Source of the DNA: an uncultured virus (IMG/VR IMGVR_UViG_3300042466_001057)
Taxonomy: Duplodnaviria; Heunggongvirae; Uroviricota; Caudoviricetes
Virus record (IMG/VR): IMGVR_UViG_3300042466_001057
Coordinates: 1 to 64,000 of that record
Reading direction: 5' to 3' (one strand)
Length of the DNA stretch: 64,000 bases
Numbering within the stretch: position 1 is the first letter of the stretch; each line of letters starts with the position of its first letter. The notes under the pieces were generated by a model that was not told the origin of the DNA, did not search any database, and saw only the letters and a program-made list of their open reading frames with translations. Shown one piece after another: positions 49,480-57,508 of this stretch. The position numbers and the translations under genes are program-made.

Positions 49480-52400
49480 ATGGCTTCATCTAACAAAGTA
49501 TTTGTATCACCCGGAGTATATACTTCAGAGAGGGATTTAACATTTGTTGCACAAAGTGTGGGTGTAACAACATTAGGAATTGCTGGTGAGACTTTGCAGG
49601 GACCGGCATTTGAACCGATATTTATTACAAATTTTGACGAGTTTCAAGTGTACTTTGGGTCTACTAGTCCTGAAAAATACGTAAACACCCAAATACCTAA
49701 ATACGAAACTGCTTACATCGCTAAATCTTATTTACAACAATCTAATCAACTTTTCGTAACGAGAGTTCTTGGTTTATCAGGATATGATGCGGGACCATCA
49801 TGGTCTATTACAACAATGGGTAACGTTAATCCGGCAACAATATCAGCAACAGGAAATAGTGCGACTAACGTCACTTTTAACTTTACAGGTCTAACAGGAA
49901 CACCATCTTCTGTACAATTTACTGTTCCTGCACCGCTTTCTTCAGTGGTAGGAGCGACTTATACAAATTTTGATAACTCAACATCAACAATATATAGTGA
50001 TATCCAATCTTACATATTAAACGAAATAAACTTATTCTCAACAGGAACTGTTGGTTCTGGTACTACGGCTCAGTTTTGGGGTAGTGTTAGTGGGGGTTGT
50101 TTAAACTCAATCACTGCAGATTCTATCAATACTGTAACCGCAATTACGGAAACATACGGTGTAAGTAGTATTGATGTCGCTAACAATACATTATCAGCAT
50201 CAACAAACGATCCTTGGTTCTATTCTCAATTCACATATTCACAAAATCCATCAACTGATGCATCATCATATCTTGGTTTTGGTTTTGGTATTAGTTTAGA
50301 TTCAATGTCTACAGGTACAACTGCAGGTTCTTATTCAGGATCTTGTAATATTAGATTTACTAATTATTCGGGAACACCTTACTTAGAATATGATGATTTA
50401 GTTATTGCGACTTTAAGATCAAGAGGTATCTCAACATATTCGTCAACACAGGCCGGTCCAAGTTACGAAGTTTCAGGAAAATCAAACGTTGTAATGATTA
50501 CTTCAGGTCAATATTCTGGCGTAACAAAAGATCCATTCCAAACGTTTCAAATTTCAGGTGTTACTCAAGACGGTGATAATTTTAGTTTTGAAACATCATT
50601 ATTAAGTACGGATTCTAATTACTTGTCTAAAGTATTCGGTAGAAGTAACTTCGGAAAAGATAGAACTCAAGTACCTTTATTTGTTGAGGAGGCTTACCCA
50701 TCGTTATTGACTACAGGTTATAGATCAGGAAAAATCAGAGGTTTATATAATGATTGGATCGATTTAGGTGGTGTTAGACAAAACGATAGTCAGTCAATCG
50801 CATTTTATCTTGAACAATTCCAAACACCTGAAACACCATATTTTGTTTCTGAACTTAGAGGTAATAAAGTCTATAAACTTTTCAAAACTAGATTAATCTC
50901 TGACGGTAACGCCGCTAACAGATTGGTAAAAATATCAATTGCAAATATGTCGTTTAATAATTTAACTTTCGATGTCTTTGTTAGAGATTTCTTTGATACC
51001 GATCAGAATGTTAGAGTTGTTGAAAGTTTCACTAACTGTTCTATGGATCCGTCAAATAATAACTACGTCGCTAATAAAATCGGTACATCAAACGGTGAAT
51101 ATCAAGTTAAGTCTAAATATATTATGTTAGACATGAGTGACGAAGCACCTATAGATGCACTACCTTGTGGTTTTGAAGGGTACAATATGAGACAATATAG
51201 TAACGCAACACCACCATTTATGGTTTATAAAACAAAATATTTACAACCAGGTGAAGTGATTTATAACCCTCCTTTTGGATCATCTAACGGTGGAGATAAT
51301 CCGGTAATTTCAAATGGTGAAAACCCAAGAAGAGCTTACTTAGGTATATCTAATATTACAGGAATTGATTACGATTTCTTTGAGTATAAAGGAAAACAAG
51401 TACCGGTTAATATTGGTACAGATACTGAAGGTATTGATTGGGGTTATATGACAAAAGGTTTCCACATGGATAGTGGAGCGACTATCGTAACGATGTATAA
51501 CGCACTTCTATCAGCAACAACTTCGGCATTTGAAGTGGGTGTAGGGTCGTTTAATAGTGAACCTGATGATACTAACAACCCTTATTATAGATTAAATACT
51601 CGTAAATTTACAGCATTACCTTATGGTGGATTTGACGGATGGGATATCTATAGAGAGTACAGAACAAATAATGATTCATTCGCATTAGGTCAATCAGGAT
51701 ATAAATACGGAGCAGAAGCATCAATCACATACCCTACGGCAACAGGATGGGGAGCGTTTAAACAAATTTCAGGACCAAACCAAGAGACTTGGGCTAACAC
51801 TGACTATTACGCATACTTATGGGGTCAATCAACATTTGCAAATCCAGAAGCGGTAAACATTAATATATTTACAACTCCGGGTATTGATTATGTGAATAAC
51901 CAAAATCTTGTGGAATTAGCAATTGATATGGTTGAAACAGATAGAGCGGATTCTATTTATGTGTGTACAACACCTGACTTTAATTTATTCTTACCTACGT
52001 ATAATGATTTAGAAGAAGGTTTAATTTATCCTCAACAAGTTGTAGATAACTTAGAAAACACAGGTATCGACTCTAACTATACCGCAACTTATTACCCATG
52101 GGTTTTAACAAGAGATACAGTAAATAATACACAAATTTATTTACCGGGTACTGCAGAGGTAACTAAAAACTTAGCATTAACCGATAACATCGCTTTCCCT
52201 TGGTTCGCATCTGCGGGTTACACAAGAGGTATCGTAAATGCTATTAAAGCACGTAAAAAGTTAACACAAGACGATAGAGACACACTTTATAAAGGTAGAA
52301 TTAATCCAATCGCAACCTTCTCTGATGTTGGTACAGTGATTTGGGGTAACAAAACTCTACAAATTAGAGAGTCTGCACTTGATAGAATCAACGTAAGACG

Positions 52401-52692
52401 ATTGTTATTACAAGCACGTAAGTTGATTTCAGCAGTAGCGATAAGACTATTGTTTGAACAAAACGATGATAAAGTAAGACAAGACTTCTTGGATTCTGTT
52501 AACCCGATTTTGGATTCAATCAGAAGAGATCGTGGTTTAATTGATTTCCGTGTGACGGTATCAAACACTCCTGAAGATTTAGATTCAAACACTTTAACAG
52601 GTAAGATTTTCTTAAAACCAACAAGAGCGTTAGAGTATATCGACATCGAGTTTGTTATTACACCAACAGGAGCATCTTTTGATGACGTATAA
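49480..52692 (+). CDS. Contractile tail sheath protein (gp18-like)
   Basis: SPGVYTSERD start; C-terminal YYPW, PWFASAGYTRG, INPI, IWGNKTL, RINVRRLL and KPTRALEYIDIEF. Confidence 0.95.
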   Translation: MASSNKVFVSPGVYTSERDLTFVAQSVGVTTLGIAGETLQGPAFEPIFITNFDEFQVYFGSTSPEKYVNTQIPKYETAYIAKSYLQQSNQLFVTRVLGLSGYDAGPSWSITTMGNVNPATISATGNSATNVTFNFTGLTGTPSSVQFTVPAPLSSVVGATYTNFDNSTSTIYSDIQSYILNEINLFSTGTVGSGTTAQFWGSVSGGCLNSITADSINTVTAITETYGVSSIDVANNTLSASTNDPWFYSQFTYSQNPSTDASSYLGFGFGISLDSMSTGTTAGSYSGSCNIRFTNYSGTPYLEYDDLVIATLRSRGISTYSSTQAGPSYEVSGKSNVVMITSGQYSGVTKDPFQTFQISGVTQDGDNFSFETSLLSTDSNYLSKVFGRSNFGKDRTQVPLFVEEAYPSLLTTGYRSGKIRGLYNDWIDLGGVRQNDSQSIAFYLEQFQTPETPYFVSELRGNKVYKLFKTRLISDGNAANRLVKISIANMSFNNLTFDVFVRDFFDTDQNVRVVESFTNCSMDPSNNNYVANKIGTSNGEYQVKSKYIMLDMSDEAPIDALPCGFEGYNMRQYSNATPPFMVYKTKYLQPGEVIYNPPFGSSNGGDNPVISNGENPRRAYLGISNITGIDYDFFEYKGKQVPVNIGTDTEGIDWGYMTKGFHMDSGATIVTMYNALLSATTSAFEVGVGSFNSEPDDTNNPYYRLNTRKFTALPYGGFDGWDIYREYRTNNDSFALGQSGYKYGAEASITYPTATGWGAFKQISGPNQETWANTDYYAYLWGQSTFANPEAVNINIFTTPGIDYVNNQNLVELAIDMVETDRADSIYVCTTPDFNLFLPTYNDLEEGLIYPQQVVDNLENTGIDSNYTATYYPWVLTRDTVNNTQIYLPGTAEVTKNLALTDNIAFPWFASAGYTRGIVNAIKARKKLTQDDRDTLYKGRINPIATFSDVGTVIWGNKTLQIRESALDRINVRRLLLQARKLISAVAIRLLFEQNDDKVRQDFLDSVNPILDSIRRDRGLIDFRVTVSNTPEDLDSNTLTGKIFLKPTRALEYIDIEFVITPTGASFDDV

Positions 52693-52710
52693 ATAAAAAA
52701 ATAAACTAAG

Positions 52711-52736
52711 TGGGGAGTAGAAATATTCCCCATTTA
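52711..52736 (+). terminator. Hairpin terminator after the sheath gene
   Basis: TGGGGAGTA-GAAA-TATTCCCCA stem-loop (one G-U pair) with a short T-run. Confidence 0.6.
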
Positions 52737-52760
52737 TATATTTATATTAAAAATAACACA

Positions 52761-52898
52761 ATGAAAATCGAAAAAAAAATCATTAAAGAAAGTGTAGGTG
52801 ATCAAAATATTAATAAAAAATCATTTTCTACTAAGAAACAAAACATAATAATAACTGAAGCTCAATTAGAATATATTTTATCAAAACTTAACAAGTAA
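52761..52898 (+). CDS. Small basic protein with an IIITEAQL motif
   Basis: 45 aa from the ATG at 52761, with TATTTAT upstream and a TAATG overlap with the next gene. Confidence 0.55.
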   Translation: MKIEKKIIKESVGDQNINKKSFSTKKQNIIITEAQLEYILSKLNK

Positions 52899-53857
52899 TG
52901 GATATTAAAAAACACATATATATACAAGTACTTAAAAAAAGAATTAATGAGGGGTTGGTCGATGATTACGAAACAAAAGAATTAAGACCTGACTTAAAGT
53001 ATTATGCATTTGACTGGGACGATAACTTAATGTTTATGCCAACAAAAATAATGGTTATGTCTGAAAATGATGATGAGATCGGTATGTCAACTGAAGATTT
53101 TGCTGAACACCGAACTCAAATCGGTGTGGAACCTTTTAAATATAAAAGTGCAACAATTATTGGTTTTGCTAATGAACCGTTTAGGTTTTTCCGAGAAATG
53201 GGTGATAAAAGGTTTGTGGTCGACTCAATGACTGCACCACTTGGTCCAGCTTGGAATGACTTTGTTGAATGTATTAATGGTGGATCTATTTTTGCAATAA
53301 TCACCGCTCGTGGTCACAATCCTGAAACTTTAAAAGAATCGGTTTACAATCTTATAATGTCAAACAAAAATGGTTTAAATAGAAAAAAACTTGAGGAGAG
53401 TCTTAGACAATACGATTTATTAACCTCTGAAGGGATCTCTGAAGATATTAGACCAAATAGGAACACAACCATAGAACAATATTTAAATATGTGTAAATTC
53501 CATCCGGTTTCTTATGGAAGTGGTAGTGCGGCATCTCCTGAAGAAGGAAAAAACAAAGCACTTAAAGAGTTTATTTCATATTGTAGAGATTTGGCCAAAA
53601 ATTTAATACAGTTCATTTTAAAGAAGAATCCAAATATGGATCTTACCGATTTGGTTCCAAAATTTAAAAATGACGTAGCAATGGATGAACCGGTTATTAA
53701 TGTTGACGAATTTGTAAATAGACACACAACTATAGGGTTTTCAGATGATGACCAAAGAAATATTGAAGCATCATCAGAATTTTTAAATAAAGAGTATGAA
53801 AAAAATCCAGTTAATTTATACTTAACTAAAGGAGGTAAAAAAACTAGATTTAATTAA
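52898..53857 (+). CDS. HAD-superfamily phosphatase-like protein
   Basis: AFDWDDNL (motif I), IITARG (II), K (III) and GFSDDD (IV). Confidence 0.7.
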   Translation: MDIKKHIYIQVLKKRINEGLVDDYETKELRPDLKYYAFDWDDNLMFMPTKIMVMSENDDEIGMSTEDFAEHRTQIGVEPFKYKSATIIGFANEPFRFFREMGDKRFVVDSMTAPLGPAWNDFVECINGGSIFAIITARGHNPETLKESVYNLIMSNKNGLNRKKLEESLRQYDLLTSEGISEDIRPNRNTTIEQYLNMCKFHPVSYGSGSAASPEEGKNKALKEFISYCRDLAKNLIQFILKKNPNMDLTDLVPKFKNDVAMDEPVINVDEFVNRHTTIGFSDDDQRNIEASSEFLNKEYEKNPVNLYLTKGGKKTRFN

Positions 53858-53958
53858 GATACTAGTAAAGAAATATTACAAAATAAAAAAAAGTAAAGAC
53901 AAAAAAATAAATAACACAATATTTATATAAAAAATAAAAATACTAAAAATAAGAAAAC

Positions 53959-54447
53959 ATGGCTGATTTATTAATGAAAATGCCCTTTCAATATGAACCT
54001 AAAAGAAAAAATAGGTTTATTTTAACTTTCCCTTCTTCGTTGGGGATAAACTCTTGGTATGTTGAAAGCACTTCAAGACCTAAAATAGAAATTGGATCTA
54101 CAGAGATTCCTTTCTTAAATACGTCAACATATGTTGCTGGTAGATTTAAGTGGGGATCTATTGATGTTACGTTTAGAGATCCGATCGGTCCTTCGGCTTC
54201 ACAAGCACTTATGGAGTGGGTTCGTTTACATGCAGAATCTGTTACAGGACGTATGGGATATGCTGCCGGTTATAAAAAAGACATCGATTTAGAAATGTTA
54301 GACCCAACAGGGGTAGCAGTTGAAAAATGGATCTTACAAGGTTGTTTCTTAACCAATGTTGATTTCGATTCATTAGGATATAGTGAAGATGGATTAATTA
54401 CGGTTAAAGCTTCAATGCAACCAGATAGATGTATTTTGGTTTACTAA
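53959..54447 (+). CDS. Tail tube protein (gp19-like)
   Basis: EPKRKNRF, RPKI, YVAGRFKW, YKKDIDLEMLDPTG..VEKWILQGCF; follows the sheath gene. Confidence 0.88.
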   Translation: MADLLMKMPFQYEPKRKNRFILTFPSSLGINSWYVESTSRPKIEIGSTEIPFLNTSTYVAGRFKWGSIDVTFRDPIGPSASQALMEWVRLHAESVTGRMGYAAGYKKDIDLEMLDPTGVAVEKWILQGCFLTNVDFDSLGYSEDGLITVKASMQPDRCILVY

Positions 54448-54471
54448 AACAAAATTAAAATATTTTTTAAG

Positions 54472-54498
54472 AACCTCACCAACAAAGTGGGGTTTTTT
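54472..54498 (+). terminator. Intrinsic terminator after the tail tube gene
   Basis: AACCTCAC-N7-GTGGGGTT stem (one G-U pair) followed by a T-run. Confidence 0.7.
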
Positions 54499-54542
54499 AT
54501 TTACATAGAAAATAGTTAAAGTATTTTTATAATAAAAAAACT

Positions 54543-55301
54543 ATGGATCAATCAGCATTATACGGACAACAAGATTTTTCTCTACCACATGACGTGGTAA
54601 GACTACCTTCTAAGGGTATATATTACACACCAAGACGAGAGTCAATTAAAGTGGGGTTTCTAACGGCTAACGATGAAAACATTTTAATGTCACAAAATAA
54701 TTCGAAAGAAGGTATTATATATACATTATTAAAACAAAAAATTTACGAACCAAATTTTAATGTGGATCATCTTTTAGATGTCGATGTTTCTGCAATTTTA
54801 ATATTTTTAAGAAATACCGCCTTTGGACCTGAATATAGTTATACTTTAAAGGATCCTGCAACAGATAAAACATTTGATATTACTATTATATTAGATGAGT
54901 TAAAATATATCGACTCACCTCATACTGCAGACAACGAGGGGTATTTTACAACCAAACTTCCAAAAAGTGATAAATCAATTAAAGTTAAATTATTAAATTG
55001 GGGAGAAATAAAAGAAGTTGATAAAATGGTTGAAAAATATCCAAAAGGTATGATTGCTCCTGTTGTCACAAAAAAATTAGAACAACAAATTGTTGAAATC
55101 GATGGAAACAAAGATAAAGGACAAATTTCAAATTTTATTAAAAACATGCCAATTATGGATTCAAAACATGTTAGAAAGTTTATACAGGAATGCGAACCAT
55201 CAATCGATTTAAAACAAGAAGTAATAGCCCCGTCAGGAGAAAGAGTAACATTTAGTGTTACCTTTGGGGTTGACTTTTTTCGTCCTTTCTTCTCAGTATA
55301 A
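54543..55301 (+). CDS. Baseplate hub / tail assembly chaperone (gp26-like)
   Basis: LPSKG..Y, LTANDENIL, ILIFLRNTAFG and terminal DFFRP; lies between the tube and tape measure genes. Confidence 0.75.
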   Translation: MDQSALYGQQDFSLPHDVVRLPSKGIYYTPRRESIKVGFLTANDENILMSQNNSKEGIIYTLLKQKIYEPNFNVDHLLDVDVSAILIFLRNTAFGPEYSYTLKDPATDKTFDITIILDELKYIDSPHTADNEGYFTTKLPKSDKSIKVKLLNWGEIKEVDKMVEKYPKGMIAPVVTKKLEQQIVEIDGNKDKGQISNFIKNMPIMDSKHVRKFIQECEPSIDLKQEVIAPSGERVTFSVTFGVDFFRPFFSV

Positions 55302-55434
55302 AAAACTACTTTTAGACGAAACCTACTATTTAACCAAACTGGCTAATTTTTCTTATTCAGATATTCTAATCATGCCGACTTTTGAACGTAAGTATTTTAT
55401 GAATAAACTAACGGAGGAATATCAAAAAAAATAA
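55279..55434 (+). CDS. gp51-like chaperone extension in the +1 frame (probable frameshift product)
   Basis: Unannotated frame FVLSSQYKKLLLDETYYLTKLANFSYSDILIMPTFERKYFMNKLTEEYQKK* with no upstream ATG; overlaps TTTTTTC at 55275-55281. Confidence 0.65.
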   Translation, partial: FVLSSQYKKLLLDETYYLTKLANFSYSDILIMPTFERKYFMNKLTEEYQKK

Positions 55435-55462
55435 TTTAACCTATTTATAAGAAAAACTAACT

Positions 55463-57472
55463 ATGCTATTTTTATTTGGAGAAGCACCAAAAGCACAATC
55501 AGATGATAAGGTTGTTGAGCAAACGACAAAAGGACAAGGAGTTATAAACCAACTCTCCACACTTACAACCGCATTAACTGAATGGGTTTTACCTAATAGT
55601 GTTGAGAATCTTAATAAGGTATTTAAAAACGTTACTGAACAACTAACAACTCAGGAAGATTCTGCTTTGGCCCTTCAAAAGACAATGGGAGGAGTATCTA
55701 TTAATGCCGAAGGGTTTAGACACATACTTCAAGAATCATATCTAGAAACATTAAATATAGGAGGCACATTTAAAGACTCGGCAGAAATTGTACAGGGATT
55801 AGCTGGAGAGATGGGAAGAATTGTTAGTATATCAACGGAAGTAACAACACAATCAATACAATTTTCCAAGGCAACAAATATGACAAGCTCCGAAACCGGT
55901 AAAATGGTTGCCGAATTTAGTAAATTTGGTGGCACACAAGAACAGTCGATTGGTAAAATGTCTGAGTTAGGTAAATCCGCAAGAAAAAGTGGGTTAGATG
56001 CTAAAAGTTTTACAACTGAAGTTGCAAAAAATTTAAAACAAGCGAGTTTATTTGGTTTTAAAGGTGGTGTAAAAGACATTGAAGAAATGGTTAAAAAAAC
56101 CAAACTTCTTGGTACTAGTATGGAAAAATTACAAATTAAAGGTGCTGCTGAAAAATTACTTGATCCCGAAACTGCGATGCAAACCGCTGCGAGTTTACAA
56201 ATGATAGGTGGAAATATAGGTGCGTTAGGTAACCCATTCCAACTATTACACATGGGTCAAAAAGATATGAAAAAACTTACAGATGAAGTTTTAAATATGG
56301 CTAAGGCAACGTTTACATTTGATAAAGAAACGGGAGCATTCGCACAGACAACTGAAGATATGTACGCGTTAAGAGCACAAGCAGAGGCTTTAGGTATTAA
56401 TTATGAAGAAACTGCAAATGCTGGTAAAGAATTGGCTAAATTGGATTTCATTAAAAGTAGTACAAAATTATCAGAAAAAATAACAGATGAGGATACTCAA
56501 AATTTAGTTGCAGGATTGGCTCAAATTAGTAAAGAAGGTACTGTTAGTATAGAACTACCAGGACTAAATAAATCTTTCTCTTCGTTGGACGATGCGTTAG
56601 CTGACCCTAAATTCATGTCTTCGTTAGAAGAATATCAAAAAAATGCGGCCTTGAGCGATAAAGACTTGACATTAAAACAAATGTCTATTGCCGAAAAACA
56701 AGCCGCGGACACTAATGTTATTAAAAATGCGGTTTTGGCTAATTTAAGTGCAACTAAAAAAGAATCAGTTTTGATGCAAAGTATTGCAGAAAATTCTGAA
56801 ATGATGGGTACGGCAGGAAAATCCCTCGCAACGGGTGTTGCTGGAGAATCTGCAGATGCAATAACAGCAATAAATACCAAGGCTACAGAAGCCGCAAAAA
56901 CAACAATTAATTTACTTAAAAACTTTAAACCCGGTGAGTTTGTTGATGGACTTGTTGGTGGTATTGGAAAAGAACCAGATAACGGAGGTCTTCCTAATGT
57001 TGCTGGCGATCAACAAACACCTGTTATTGAAACCAAGCCTCTTCCTAATGTTGCTGGAGATAAGACTCTTCCTACTGTTGCTGGTGGCTCAACCCCTCAA
57101 CCTACACCAGTACCAGACGGACTTTTCTCCGCTGGATCCCCCCCAATGATAATGTCAAAAGGAAAAATTTATGAGGGATTAAAAGAAGATTCTGTATATG
57201 TAGGTACCGATTTTGAAAAAATATTTGAAAGAGGTAAAGCAGCAACTAACGTATTATCGGAAATGATGGCTAAAGGTGGTGCTGGTGGTTCAAATACAGA
57301 AGTTTCAGGTAAAGTGGATTTTGGTGAAATTAAGGTAAAGATAGATGCTCCTGGCGTTGATACGTCTATGTTAGATAAGGCATTAAACAGTAGACAATTC
57401 ACCAACCAAATTATGTCAATGGTTGCGAATCAGAAATCTTTCTATACAAATCAAGCAACCCTACAAGGATAA
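55463..57472 (+). CDS. Tape measure-like protein
   Basis: 669-aa A/K/E-rich helical protein in the canonical position after the chaperone. Confidence 0.7.
   Translation: MLFLFGEAPKAQSDDKVVEQTTKGQGVINQLSTLTTALTEWVLPNSVENLNKVFKNVTEQLTTQEDSALALQKTMGGVSINAEGFRHILQESYLETLNIGGTFKDSAEIVQGLAGEMGRIVSISTEVTTQSIQFSKATNMTSSETGKMVAEFSKFGGTQEQSIGKMSELGKSARKSGLDAKSFTTEVAKNLKQASLFGFKGGVKDIEEMVKKTKLLGTSMEKLQIKGAAEKLLDPETAMQTAASLQMIGGNIGALGNPFQLLHMGQKDMKKLTDEVLNMAKATFTFDKETGAFAQTTEDMYALRAQAEALGINYEETANAGKELAKLDFIKSSTKLSEKITDEDTQNLVAGLAQISKEGTVSIELPGLNKSFSSLDDALADPKFMSSLEEYQKNAALSDKDLTLKQMSIAEKQAADTNVIKNAVLANLSATKKESVLMQSIAENSEMMGTAGKSLATGVAGESADAITAINTKATEAAKTTINLLKNFKPGEFVDGLVGGIGKEPDNGGLPNVAGDQQTPVIETKPLPNVAGDKTLPTVAGGSTPQPTPVPDGLFSAGSPPMIMSKGKIYEGLKEDSVYVGTDFEKIFERGKAATNVLSEMMAKGGAGGSNTEVSGKVDFGEIKVKIDAPGVDTSMLDKALNSRQFTNQIMSMVANQKSFYTNQATLQG
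56989..57084 (+). repeat. Three copies of TCTTCCTAMTGTTGCTGG (LP[NT]VAG)
   Basis: Copies start at 56989, 57040 and 57067, within the Pro-rich tail of the tape measure gene. Confidence 0.8.
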
Positions 57473-57508
57473 AAAATATAATTCAACCTATTTATAAATA
57501 AAAATTGA

